62,501 nucleotides of DNA from an uncultured Candidatus Saccharibacteria bacterium (GCA_964612745.1 CAZTCH010000002.1:99548-162048), one strand, 5' to 3'; positions 9,661-19,419 are shown, counted from the first letter of the stretch. Numbers and translations: made by a program. Notes: generated by a model from the letters alone, not told the origin.

Positions 9661-9744
9661 TGGTGGCCGAGGAGGGAGTCGAACCCTCATGGGTTTCCCC
9701 GCGCGATTTTGAGTCGCGTGCGTCTGCCATTCCGCCACTCGGCC
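9661..9744 (-). tRNA. tRNA-Leu (anticodon CAA), class II
   Basis: GGCCGAG/CTCGGCC acceptor, anticodon arm CGCGA-CTCAAAA-TCGCG, long variable arm, T arm GAGGG-TTCGACT-CCCTC, encoded CCA. 84 nt. A hairpin plus T-run follows. Confidence 0.9.
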
Positions 9745-9858
9745 ATCATATATACAGGGTGTTTTGGGGAGCTAGGAAGCTCGCCAATAACTTCCCTATT
9801 TTAGCAGAGGTCAATATTCGTCGCAACTACCTCACCCCGCACAAAAACCAGCTACCAC

Positions 9859-10389
9859 CTAGAGCAAAACCATGTGAACAAAGCCGCTATACTGCAAAAC
9901 CAACATAACCGCACTACTCAATACTAGTGCCGCAACCACGTCTTGGACATAGTGATACCCTAAGAAAACACGCGCTCCAGCAGTACACAACGTTATAACC
10001 AAGCTGACTAAAGCCAAAGCCGGAGAAAACCACAGCGCAGCCACAGTCAACACCCCCAGTGCTGTTGTATGCCCAGAGGGAAACGAGTCATACTGTTCGT
10101 CTACGTGGGAAAATAAGCCTTTTCCTGCACTAGGTACAAAACCATATGCTTGGTACGGACGACGTACTGGAAGCACCAGCCCAATAAGCTGTACTACAAT
10201 CCCCCATGCTACCAACAACCCCACACCGGCAAGCGTAATATACTCCCTCCCTGTCACAAACCACACCAACACAAAAGGTATGCAAACGTACAAAAACACT
10301 ATTCGAGTGGCAAAAAAATCAAGCAGTGTGTGCACAGTTTTGTGATTCCTCAGCCACTGGTTTATTTGTACATAGTGCTTTTTTTGCAT
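9859..10389 (-). CDS. PAP2-family phosphatase (membrane)
   Basis: PAP2 motifs SFPSGHT and GYHYVQDV. Multi-TM. Confidence 0.8.
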   Translation of the reverse strand: MQKKHYVQINQWLRNHKTVHTLLDFFATRIVFLYVCIPFVLVWFVTGREYITLAGVGLLVAWGIVVQLIGLVLPVRRPYQAYGFVPSAGKGLFSHVDEQYDSFPSGHTTALGVLTVAALWFSPALALVSLVITLCTAGARVFLGYHYVQDVVAALVLSSAVMLVLQYSGFVHMVLL

Positions 10390-10395
10390 ACGAGT

Positions 10396-11196
10396 TTAGC
10401 GAATGAAGTAGACAGTAAAAATAATAAGCGCAAAAGCAATTCGGTACCACACAAAAATACTAAAATCCCGTTTGGCGAGAAGGGTCAATAAAAATTGAAT
10501 TGCCAAAAAACCAACCGCAGCAGCAGTCACAAACCCGATCCCAAGCGCCCACCAATCCGCCCCTGCGTCTAAATCACCCACTTTAAGCAACCCTGCCCCA
10601 AACGTAATCGGTATGGACATAAGGAAGCTAAAACGTGCGACATCTGCTCGTTTAAAACCCAATGCCAGCCCAGTGGTCATTGTACTACCACTCCGCGATA
10701 CCCCAGGGATAAGCGCGAGTGCTTGGCTCAAGCCTATAAGTACTGCATGGACTGGTCGTATCTGGTTGAGTGTCTGCACCTTTTTCCCTAAGGCATCTGC
10801 CAACGCTAAAATAATGCCAAACCCAAGCATGGTAAAACCAATTAAGAGCGGATTACGAAACGCAGACTCTGCTTGGCTTTCCAAAAGCTTACCAATAATT
10901 GCCGCTGGAATACTTGCCAACACAATAAGCCACGACAACTTTTGGTACACATCTCCAGTAAAATTTCTGGTCGAAGGAGCTATCGAATGTAAGAATCCTT
11001 TGGCGAGCAGTACAATATCTCGGCGAAAATAAACCACCACTGCGAGGAGTGTCCCCCAGTGCAAAGCGACATCGAAAGCCAGCCCTTGGTCTTCCCAGCC
11101 AAACAGCCACGGCGTCACAATTAAATGCGCGGAACTAGATATTGGTAAAAATTCCCCCAGCCCTTGAACGATGCCAAGTATAAAAGCTTCAAACAT
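10396..11196 (-). CDS. uppP: Undecaprenyl-diphosphate phosphatase
   Basis: GLGEFLPISSSAHL N-terminal motif and PGVSRSGSTMT motif of the BacA/UppP family. Confidence 0.9.
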   Translation of the reverse strand: MFEAFILGIVQGLGEFLPISSSAHLIVTPWLFGWEDQGLAFDVALHWGTLLAVVVYFRRDIVLLAKGFLHSIAPSTRNFTGDVYQKLSWLIVLASIPAAIIGKLLESQAESAFRNPLLIGFTMLGFGIILALADALGKKVQTLNQIRPVHAVLIGLSQALALIPGVSRSGSTMTTGLALGFKRADVARFSFLMSIPITFGAGLLKVGDLDAGADWWALGIGFVTAAAVGFLAIQFLLTLLAKRDFSIFVWYRIAFALIIFTVYFIR

Positions 11197-11203
11197 AAAT
11201 AAT

Positions 11204-11866
11204 TTATCTAATTACTGGGAACTGTTTTTGCTTCTTCCAAAAGAACCAAACAGTACCTGTATAGAACAAAGATTGCACGCAAAGCGTATACACAATCCCA
11301 TTCGGAACATAAAATAGAAGCATGCAAAATAGCAAAGCACCCAAGATCGATGCTACAGTATAATACCATGCAAAGAAACGACGCAAGAATACGAGCAAGG
11401 GCAAGTGCAAAACTGAAAATACAACCGTCACAACTAAGGTAGTCAAAACTACGTTAGAAAAATATAGCTTTTGGACTAACAACCAAAGCGTGAGGAAAGA
11501 AACTTGTTGGAATACTATTTCCCATTGTTTTGACCACAGGCCAAAATAAGCTCGCTTCAACTCCTGTGCAGACTGCTGCAAGAATACCTCTGAATACCAT
11601 CTTTGAAAGAAAGCGTACGCGGCTACATTTAAACCTAGTAAAACCACAAATGCGATCAAAAAATACAAGCCAAAATCTACACCTTCCAAATACGAAATGA
11701 GCAGATCAGCAAACAACACAAAATGCGCAATACAAGATATCCCGAAAAATATCGTCGTTAAGAGAGGAGATTCCTCATAGGTAATACCCTTACTGTACAC
11801 AAGCAGCCACAGCGCCCATGTGCCAGTGAAAAGTAAAAGCCAGAAAAATAGATCTAGTGCACCCAT
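11204..11866 (-). CDS. Hypothetical polytopic membrane protein (weak CPBP-like features)
   Basis: 220-aa ORF with about 6 hydrophobic segments. Has an FSVLH motif but no complete CPBP signature. Confidence 0.45.
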   Translation of the reverse strand: MGALDLFFWLLLFTGTWALWLLVYSKGITYEESPLLTTIFFGISCIAHFVLFADLLISYLEGVDFGLYFLIAFVVLLGLNVAAYAFFQRWYSEVFLQQSAQELKRAYFGLWSKQWEIVFQQVSFLTLWLLVQKLYFSNVVLTTLVVTVVFSVLHLPLLVFLRRFFAWYYTVASILGALLFCMLLFYVPNGIVYTLCVQSLFYTGTVWFFWKKQKQFPVIR

Positions 11867-11875
11867 ATAACCAAA

Positions 11876-13192
11876 TTATGTAGTAGGATACTGTGCGCAG
11901 AGGTCAGCAACAAGATTGCGAATGACGGCAAGACGGGCATCAGTAGCCATGCGAGTTCTAAAGTCAGCCAAGTAGCTCGCCCGCTCTTCTTTTATCTCTG
12001 GCAATCTTTCGTCTTTTATAATTTCTACAACCTCGGCAATCCACTCTGCAATTTTTTGCATCTCATGTGCACCCATACCACGCGTCGTAACTGCAGGGGT
12101 ACCAATGCGCACCCCAGAGGGGTAAAATGGGCTGGGGTCTTGTGGCACGGTGTTGCGGTTTGTCACAATGCCAGCTGCTGCAAGTGCAGCGGCCACAAGC
12201 GTACCCTTGCCTACTGAATCTGCAGAAAAATCTAGCACCATCAAATGATTCTCTGTACCACCGCCTACCAGCTGGATGCCAGCAGACTGAAGAGCACTGG
12301 CAAGCTCTTGTGCATTTTGCACCACTTGTTTGCCGTAGTCTTTGAACTCAGGTTGCGTTGCTTCAAACAGCGCTGTCGCTATCGCAGCTGTTGTCGCATT
12401 GTGTGGTCCGCCCTGCATACCAGGCATAACAGCAGCGTCTATCTTCTTCGCAAGATCTGGATCTTTTTCAAGACCTGCAGTAGTCACCAAAATCATAGCC
12501 CCGCGAGGACCACGAAGTGTTTTGTGCGTCGTCGTCATGACCACATGCGCATATGGTACTGGTGAAGGGTGCGCGCCAGCGATTACTAAACCTGTAATAT
12601 GGGAAATATCTGCAACTAAATACGCACCGACTGAATCTGCTATCTCTCGTGCTTTTTGCCAATCTAGTGCAAATGGGTATGCAGTAGTACCGAAGAAAAT
12701 AACTTTTGGTTTGTGCTGCTCTGCTAACTGCTGCATTTCTGCGTAGTCTATCCGAGCTTGCGCATCGAGTCCAAATTGCACAGATTTGTAGAACCTACCA
12801 GAAAATGTCACAGTTGGATGCCCATGGGTTAAATGCCCACCAGAAGATAAAGACAAACCCATCACAACAGAGCCAGGCTCTGCCAGCGCAAATAAGATTT
12901 CACTGTTTGCTGGACTACCAGAGTATGGCTGCACATTTGCGTGTGGTATAGCAAATAACTGTTTCGCCCGTTCGATTGCGAGCAGCTCAACAGCATCTAC
13001 AACGGCGTTCCCTTCGTAGTACCGCTTACCGGCATATCCTTCGGAGTATTTATTGGCCAAGCTACTAGAAAGCAGGTCACGCACAGCGTGACTCGCATAG
13101 TTCTCGGAAGGAATAAGGGTAATTTCTTCTTGCTGACGTACATCTTCTTGCTTTACCAAGTCCAACAATTCAATGTCGTTATGTTCTGTCAT
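11876..13192 (-). CDS. glyA: Serine hydroxymethyltransferase
   Basis: SHMT-like over its full length (LIPSENY, TTTHKTLRGPRG with the PLP lysine). Confidence 0.95.
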   Translation of the reverse strand: MTEHNDIELLDLVKQEDVRQQEEITLIPSENYASHAVRDLLSSSLANKYSEGYAGKRYYEGNAVVDAVELLAIERAKQLFAIPHANVQPYSGSPANSEILFALAEPGSVVMGLSLSSGGHLTHGHPTVTFSGRFYKSVQFGLDAQARIDYAEMQQLAEQHKPKVIFFGTTAYPFALDWQKAREIADSVGAYLVADISHITGLVIAGAHPSPVPYAHVVMTTTHKTLRGPRGAMILVTTAGLEKDPDLAKKIDAAVMPGMQGGPHNATTAAIATALFEATQPEFKDYGKQVVQNAQELASALQSAGIQLVGGGTENHLMVLDFSADSVGKGTLVAAALAAAGIVTNRNTVPQDPSPFYPSGVRIGTPAVTTRGMGAHEMQKIAEWIAEVVEIIKDERLPEIKEERASYLADFRTRMATDARLAVIRNLVADLCAQYPTT

Positions 13193-13209
13193 ACGGTATT
13201 TGAACTAAA

Positions 13210-14358
13210 TTACAATAAGAAATAAAACAAACTAAACGCTCCAGCTAGTACAAACAGTAACCCAAACCCACCAAACAGCGCAAAGAGCCCAGCGGCCAAC
13301 AGCGCAATCGCCAATTTGCCAAATGACAAGCTTTGCTCAAAAAATACAATGTACGGCACAATATCTTCTGATTCTGCTCGTTCGTAGGTAATGGTAGAAA
13401 GCGGGATAAAGTACAAATTCTTTCCAACTCGTGCCGTTGTGTCCGAAGCGATAGCACCAACAGAACCGGACAAGAACGGTCGCACAAACCAGCCAGCCGC
13501 AGTTATCCAAGTACCTAATTTTAACAAAGAAAGCTTTGCGTGACCATCTGTCAGTTTTCCAACATATAAGCTAATAACAGTAGAGATAACTGAGGCGGCA
13601 GTAATCATTAAGCCTGTATCTTGGTACCCAGACACCACTAAATAAATAAAGATTGGCCAAATAGTCAGAGCCAACAGCTCCTCCCCAAAACCCCAATACC
13701 CAAAACTAAACAAAGGATATTTTTTAAACAAACGCCACACTCGCCTATACTCAAACGTGCGTTCTTGGAACTGTTCTTTGTGCAAAAGGAGTGGCACAAT
13801 AGACAGCAGATACACCCCACACGCAACAAGCAACAACATCTTCCCCCCGCTCGCTTGCGCAATAATCCCACCAAAGAGTGGACCTAAAATATGCGCCCCT
13901 TGGATAATAGCAGTCAGCATGCTAAATTCTCTACCCACCTGCCCTTGGTTTGCAAACCGCGCCACAATCGCATGAAACCCTGGCCAATAAAATGATTTTT
14001 CCAGCGCGTAGAATATCGGCGCGAGCCAGAGCAACACCGGATACTGCGCGGCAAATAACAAACTCCCCCAATATAAGATTTGAAATGGAATGCTAACCAC
14101 CATTGCTTTACGGTAGCCAAACCGTGCCGTAATTTTCCCTCCAAGAGGAATAAGCACAATATACCAAGCATACACCGCTGCGAAAAACAGTAAGATCTGT
14201 ACAATAGAAAGCTGTAATGCTTCATACATGTAAATTGGTTCAAACACCAACATTGCTGCAAGCGCAATATCTGCGATGCCCGCAGACACGTACAAATCTT
14301 TTACTTCTTGCTGTAATCGAAAAGAAAAATATTGGGGAAGCCGTAACTTGAACGTCAT
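13210..14358 (-). CDS. MFS-type transporter
   Basis: About 12 TM segments. ATG at 14358 is preferred to the longer alternative-start ORF. Confidence 0.7.
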   Translation of the reverse strand: MTFKLRLPQYFSFRLQQEVKDLYVSAGIADIALAAMLVFEPIYMYEALQLSIVQILLFFAAVYAWYIVLIPLGGKITARFGYRKAMVVSIPFQILYWGSLLFAAQYPVLLWLAPIFYALEKSFYWPGFHAIVARFANQGQVGREFSMLTAIIQGAHILGPLFGGIIAQASGGKMLLLVACGVYLLSIVPLLLHKEQFQERTFEYRRVWRLFKKYPLFSFGYWGFGEELLALTIWPIFIYLVVSGYQDTGLMITAASVISTVISLYVGKLTDGHAKLSLLKLGTWITAAGWFVRPFLSGSVGAIASDTTARVGKNLYFIPLSTITYERAESEDIVPYIVFFEQSLSFGKLAIALLAAGLFALFGGFGLLFVLAGAFSLFYFLL

Positions 14359-14486
14359 GAATAGTCTTTGTTTAACTTTGCAAACTCTTAGTAGTAGTAT
14401 ATCAGGTTTAGCCCTAACCAATCGAAGACATTTTGGCATCTCCAATACCATGTTACAGTGTAGCTATAGGAAAGGAGGGTTGCACT

Positions 14487-14771
14487 ATGCAACAGTTTGA
14501 CTCAGAACTCTGGGACGAGGAACTATGGCAAGCGCCACAAGTTCGCCTCTCTCAACATGCGTACACTCATGCGTGGACGGAGTTTGGTGGGCACCAAAAC
14601 TCCGACTCACAAAAAGAAACAATCCTGCACGCGCTCCTGCGTGCGTGCAGAAACGAAGACATCACACGAGCAACAGTACTCGTGAAATTACTGGAGGTGG
14701 GATATGGTGTGGTCAGATCAAAAATGCCGAAGCTACTTTTGGAACTGCAAACAAAAGTGGTGGTGCAGTAA
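14487..14771 (+). CDS. Hypothetical small protein
   Basis: ATG is preceded by AGGAAAGGAGGG (14468-14479). 94 aa. Ends just before a bidirectional terminator. Confidence 0.4.
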   Translation: MQQFDSELWDEELWQAPQVRLSQHAYTHAWTEFGGHQNSDSQKETILHALLRACRNEDITRATVLVKLLEVGYGVVRSKMPKLLLELQTKVVVQ

Positions 14772-14780
14772 ACACCCGCA

Positions 14781-14814
14781 AAAAAAGCGTTGGAATTTCT
14801 TCCAACGCTTTTTT
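14781..14814. terminator. Bidirectional rho-independent terminator
   Basis: AAAAAAGCGTTGGAA-TTTC-TTCCAACGCTTTTTT lies between convergent genes. Confidence 0.75.
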
Positions 14815-14825
14815 ACATACCCTGA

Positions 14826-17666
14826 TTACACCACAAAGTTAATCAGTCTGTTCGGAACAAAGATTGTTTTGCGCACTGCCACACCAGCCAATGCCTTACT
14901 CACTTTTTCTGAGGCAAACACCAACTCAGTTGTTTCTGCTTCAGAAAGACCGACAGGAAGAGACAACTTTTCTTTTAATTTACCATTTACCTGCACAATA
15001 AATTCGATGGTTGCTTCGGTAATTTTCTTGGCGTCAAATTTTGGCCATGGCTCGTGTTGCAACGATTTATTTCCACCAATATGCGCGTACAACTCTTCGG
15101 CAATATGTGGTGCAAATGGGTACAACACTGTCAAAAATGCTTTAATGGTTTTCACACTTACCTGCTCTTCTTTCACTTCATTGTGAAATTCCATCAGCGC
15201 AGAAATACATGTATTAAACCGCTGTGCTTCTATGTCTTCTCCAACTTTTTTAATCAGTTTGTTAATCGCCCGCTCTGCACGTTCCGAATCTTTACCCTTT
15301 GCCTGCAACACTCCTTGGGTCTGCACCCAACCCCATGCACGCTCCAAGAACCTGCGCACGCCAACTGCGCCTTTATCATTCCACGCAACCTGCGCTTCAT
15401 GTGGCCCCAAGAATAACTCGTACATACGTGCGGTATCTGCCCCAAACTGTTTTACAATTTCGTCTGGGTTAACCACATTGCCACGAGACTTGGACATCTT
15501 CTCTCCGTCCGCAGCTAAAATAATCCCGTGAGGTACACGCTTGGTATATGGTTCTTTTGTTGTTACTAATTTTTTGTCGTACAAAAACAAATTCCAGAAC
15601 CGTGAGTACAACAAATGCAGAGTAGTATGCTCCATGCCACCAAAGTAAATATCTACAGGCGTCCAACGTTTCAGCTTTGCTTTATCTGCAAATGCTTTCT
15701 TATTTTTTGGGTCTGCATAGCGAAGCCAGTACCAAGAACTCCCTGCCCACTGTGGCATGGTGTTCGTTTCGCGCTTGGCAGGCCCCTTACACGTTGGACA
15801 CTTTGTGTTCACCCATGCACTAATTGCGGCCAAAGGAGATTCACCTGTTCCCGTTGGTTCGTACTTTTTGACTGGTGGAAGTGTGAGCGGTAACTCTTTT
15901 TCTGGTACAGGCACAATACCACATGCTGCACAGTGCACAATTGGGATTGGCTCACCCCAATATCGCTGCCGACTAAACAACCAGTCCCGAAGTTTATATT
16001 GCACGGTGCTCTTTCCGTATTGTGCCGCCATCTGAGGAAGAGCATCTTCACTATAGCTACCGGTGTGCTCCCCAGAATTTACAAGTAGCCCAGACCCACT
16101 ATAAACAGAGTTATTTAGCAAATCTAATGCTTGCTGATGAGAAGCTGCAGTTAAAAAGGATTTTAGCTCCTCTTTAGAAAGCCAAAGTAATTCATGCTTG
16201 TTTTGTTCTTCAGCCGATACGTCTACCCGCTCAGAATTCTGTAACTCCACATAATACGTAGGAGCATGACCAAAACGATTAACTTTTTTGGGTTCGTGAT
16301 AATACTTACTATGTATAACACCCAAGCTACTTATAATCTTTGCATTCTTAAAACCCGTTTCTTCTAGTATTTCTTTGTAAACAGTTTCCTCAGGAGTCAT
16401 GCCGTCTTCAATCCCCCCCGTAAGAAAAGTGCCCCACCCAGCGCTCGGCCAGCGCAGAGCCATATAAATGTCTTTTTCCCAATGCTTAATAATAGCAATG
16501 ATTCCATTACTATCTTGAACAGGCTCATGCTCTCTAAATGTTGCCGAGCCAGTGGTTTGAACAAGCAGCGGCTCTATGACTTGTTTGATTGGCAAATGAA
16601 ACTTTAATGCAAACACAAAGTCACGCTCATCGTGTGCTGGCACAGCCATGATGGCGCCGGTACCATACCCACCTAATACATAGTCAGCCACCCAAACAGG
16701 TACCTGTTCTCCTGTCGCAGGGTTGATTGCTTTAATGCCTTGTAACTCTACGCCCGTTTTTTCTTTAGTGGCATCCGTACGCTTCATTTCATCTTTCGCT
16801 TTTGCCTGCTCCACATACATCTGCACCTGGTCCCAATTTGCAATCTGCAATTTGCAATCAGCAATTATCTTGTGCTCTGGAGCAACCACTAAATACGTCG
16901 CCCCAAAAATAGTATCTGGACGAGTGGTAAATACTGTAATAGATGATTTTGAATTGTGAATTGAAAATACAATTTCTGCCCCCACAGACTTCCCAATCCA
17001 GTTCTCCTGCTGCAGCTTAACCATTTCCGGCCACTCGGGTAATTCTTTTAAGCCAGCCAAAAGTTTTTCGGCATATTCAGTGATTTTTAAATACCACTGG
17101 CGCATCTCACGTTTTTCTACCAAGGTACCACAGCGCTCACACGCACCGTTAATGACTTCTTCGTTTGCCAATCCAGTTTTGTCTTTCGGACACCAATTAA
17201 TTGGCGCAGTCGCTTCGTAGGCAAGACCTGCTTTGTAGAGTTGCAAAAATATCCACTGTGTCCATTTGTAGTACTCGGGATCTGTGGTGTCTACCACACG
17301 ATTCCAGTCAAAGCTATACCCAAGAGAATTAATTTGTTTTACAAAGTTACTAATGTTTTTTGCAGTGGATTTTTTTGGCTGTACTCCAGTTTTAATTGCG
17401 TAGTTTTCTGCAGGTAACCCAAAAGCGTCCCAACCAATTGGGAACAATACTTCTTTGCCTTGTAGGCGCCAATATCTACTGGTCACGTCACCAGCGGTAT
17501 ATCCACGCATGTGCCCCATGTGAAGTCCCGCACCAGAAGGGTATGGAAATTCAACCAAAATAAACTTTTTTGGTTTTCTAGATTTATCGGATGCTGCAAA
17601 AGTTTTCTTTGCTTGCCAATACTTTTGCCACTTCGCTTCTATTGCTTTGGGGTTGTATCGTTTCAT
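14826..17666 (-). CDS. leuS: Leucyl-tRNA synthetase with an inserted Nudix-like domain
   Basis: HMGH and KMSKS motifs. CP1 editing motifs TTRPDTIFGATY and GTGAIMAVPAHDERD. An extra ~150 aa carries a Nudix-box-like sequence at residues 417-439. Confidence 0.95.
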   Translation of the reverse strand: MKRYNPKAIEAKWQKYWQAKKTFAASDKSRKPKKFILVEFPYPSGAGLHMGHMRGYTAGDVTSRYWRLQGKEVLFPIGWDAFGLPAENYAIKTGVQPKKSTAKNISNFVKQINSLGYSFDWNRVVDTTDPEYYKWTQWIFLQLYKAGLAYEATAPINWCPKDKTGLANEEVINGACERCGTLVEKREMRQWYLKITEYAEKLLAGLKELPEWPEMVKLQQENWIGKSVGAEIVFSIHNSKSSITVFTTRPDTIFGATYLVVAPEHKIIADCKLQIANWDQVQMYVEQAKAKDEMKRTDATKEKTGVELQGIKAINPATGEQVPVWVADYVLGGYGTGAIMAVPAHDERDFVFALKFHLPIKQVIEPLLVQTTGSATFREHEPVQDSNGIIAIIKHWEKDIYMALRWPSAGWGTFLTGGIEDGMTPEETVYKEILEETGFKNAKIISSLGVIHSKYYHEPKKVNRFGHAPTYYVELQNSERVDVSAEEQNKHELLWLSKEELKSFLTAASHQQALDLLNNSVYSGSGLLVNSGEHTGSYSEDALPQMAAQYGKSTVQYKLRDWLFSRQRYWGEPIPIVHCAACGIVPVPEKELPLTLPPVKKYEPTGTGESPLAAISAWVNTKCPTCKGPAKRETNTMPQWAGSSWYWLRYADPKNKKAFADKAKLKRWTPVDIYFGGMEHTTLHLLYSRFWNLFLYDKKLVTTKEPYTKRVPHGIILAADGEKMSKSRGNVVNPDEIVKQFGADTARMYELFLGPHEAQVAWNDKGAVGVRRFLERAWGWVQTQGVLQAKGKDSERAERAINKLIKKVGEDIEAQRFNTCISALMEFHNEVKEEQVSVKTIKAFLTVLYPFAPHIAEELYAHIGGNKSLQHEPWPKFDAKKITEATIEFIVQVNGKLKEKLSLPVGLSEAETTELVFASEKVSKALAGVAVRKTIFVPNRLINFVV

Positions 17667-17692
17667 GGTATTTAAATCCTAATGTCTCAATC

Positions 17693-18031
17693 CTACTTGC
17701 TTTCTGCTCTACCGAGTAGCTCGTCTATCTCTCCTTGTAAACTTTGTAAGTACTCAACCGAATCAACAGTCTTCTGCTGCTCTCTTGCAGCTGCCACCGC
17801 TGCGCGGAACTCCGCCACCCGCTGTTCAATAGCTAGAATATCATCCTCGCTCACAACCCGCTTCGCCCGCAAATAGCTAATTCGGCGTTCTAGTTGGTCC
17901 AGCTGGTTCCCAAAACGCTCTACGGTAGTACGCAACTGGGTTGCATCAAATTGTCCAAATCGTGATTCTATAGGTCTTTCAACACATACTATAGTGGCAA
18001 TACACTTGGCTGTACAGCAAGAGTACGACAT
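17693..18031 (-). CDS. Hypothetical coiled-coil protein
   Basis: ATG at 18031. Heptad-like helical C-terminal part. Overlaps the upstream gene end by ~50 nt, so the start is uncertain. Confidence 0.35.
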   Translation of the reverse strand: MSYSCCTAKCIATIVCVERPIESRFGQFDATQLRTTVERFGNQLDQLERRISYLRAKRVVSEDDILAIEQRVAEFRAAVAAAREQQKTVDSVEYLQSLQGEIDELLGRAESK

Positions 18032-18632
18032 ATGCTGCAAACAAACACGCCCAGAACACCACCAATACCCAGTATAATATCTGAGAAAAGCGTTCTTGCG
18101 CAAATTCACACAGCTCCTCCGGAACCCCCTCTATACACATGTCCAAGCGCAGCATAGCAGCATAATGCAAAGGTAAAAATACCCCCACAATTACCAAAGC
18201 CAAAGCTCCCAAAGACGCCACGACATCTACATGTCCACTCGCTTGCAGTAACACAAACCGGTGCAGCCCAACCCCAAACAATAAGATATCACCGGCAATA
18301 ACATATGCAAACAAACGGCGAATATCCCCCGCCCGTTCGTAACCAGCGGGTAATAATTGTGATAGCGAAGGCGCTTTCGGTGCGTGCTTATCGCTCACTG
18401 CCACCACTGGCTTTTGCGCAAAATACATAACCATCAAAATAATGCATATGCCCGCAGACACCAGCAGTAATCTACCATCTGCACCAGACCCAATCTTCAC
18501 ATAGTACGCCATGCCATGCACCATACTATGCACGACCCCCAAACACAACAACAGTGTTGCACCAGCAAACACAGAAAGCGCAAACCTCTGAAACCCTATC
18601 TCCTGTTTTTTATTAAATATAATTAACGCCAT
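17979..18632 (-). CDS. Hypothetical polytopic membrane protein
   Basis: 217-aa ORF with about 6 hydrophobic segments. Confidence 0.5.
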   Translation of the reverse strand: MALIIFNKKQEIGFQRFALSVFAGATLLLCLGVVHSMVHGMAYYVKIGSGADGRLLLVSAGICIILMVMYFAQKPVVAVSDKHAPKAPSLSQLLPAGYERAGDIRRLFAYVIAGDILLFGVGLHRFVLLQASGHVDVVASLGALALVIVGVFLPLHYAAMLRLDMCIEGVPEELCEFAQERFSQILYWVLVVFWACLFAAYVVLLLYSQVYCHYSMC

Positions 18633-18680
18633 GAACGTAGCTTCTAGCTGCGAAACAATAGTAAGAACGTTTCCATTAAA

Positions 18681-18730
18681 TGTCTAGATGGGCATCTTCT
18701 AGACACTTCTAGAAGATGCCCATCTAGACA
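18681..18730. repeat. REP doublet hairpin at the 3' end of RAYT-1
   Basis: Perfect 23-bp stem TGTCTAGATGGGCATCTTCTAGA / TCTAGAAGATGCCCATCTAGACA with loop CACT. Overlaps the stop codon. Confidence 0.85.
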
Positions 18731-19377
18731 TCGCCATCCAACAATAGATGCTTGATGTCTTTATACTCTCTTGTTAGCTCTGAAGCGCGTAGCACAAATT
18801 GAGTATATCTACTTTTACTATTTGCGACTGTCGGCAAACCCAAAATTAATCTAGAGTTTACCAGCGTACCACTTCGCTTTCCGGCATATTCCAAATAACT
18901 ACTCCACGCCCACTTGTCTAAATCATCAGTCAAGCCAGCGGCAAGAGGATTTTGATGAATGTAAGCCGAAACCCATTGTAACTGCGCATCGGTTTCGATA
19001 GCCACTGCCTTGTACTGATCTTGAAACAACGCCCCAACCCTATCATGTTTAGCATTAAATACTTTACTATACCCCGTCATAACTCTACGAAATAAATCCG
19101 AGACGGGAACTTCCGTTACTTGTTTAATAAGAAAATGAAAGTGATTGGGCATTAAACAATACGCATATATTTCAAATAGCCCAGGAGGTAGTATCTTTCT
19201 GCGGTAGGAGTTTCGTCTCGCAACAGGTAACGGCTGACTCAATACCTGTTCTTTAAACCGACGCAGAAATAAAATATAATCTTCGGGGCAAGTAAAAATA
19301 TCTTCCTTATTAACCCCACGGTTAAAGAAATGGTACACACCACCAGCAGCCAAGGTTTTATAATCTCGATAGTTCAT
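18724..19377 (-). mobile_element. REP-associated tyrosine transposase (RAYT, IS200-like Y1 family), copy 1
   Basis: YHFFNRGVNKEDIF, HUH motif CLMPNHFHFLI, catalytic-Tyr region YIHQNP. Flanked by the same 25-nt palindromic unit on both sides. Confidence 0.8.
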
Positions 19378-19388
19378 ACAAAACCACA

Positions 19389-19413
19389 TGTCTAGATGGG
19401 CATCTTCTAGACA
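19389..19413. repeat. Single REP unit upstream of RAYT-1
   Basis: TGTCTAGATGGGCATCTTCTAGACA is identical to one arm of the 18681-18730 doublet. Confidence 0.8.
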
Positions 19414-19419
19414 TGATTA

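Noticed and set aside
9589-9908. Plus-strand ORFs 9589..9804 and 9660..9908, and the first 48 codons of the parB track ORF
   Set aside because: They overlap tRNA-Leu(CAA). ParB starts plausibly at the ATG at 9586.
9859-11196. Adjacent PAP2 phosphatase and UppP as an unusual duplicated undecaprenyl-PP phosphatase system
   Set aside because: Many bacteria encode both BacA/UppP and PAP2-type C55-PP phosphatases. Adjacency alone is not remarkable.
12127-12746. Several 64-134-aa ORFs antisense to or overlapping glyA (similar cases occur inside leuS, pnp, glyQS and the crt genes)
   Set aside because: They are fully contained in strongly supported conserved genes on the opposite strand or in another frame, with no independent evidence.
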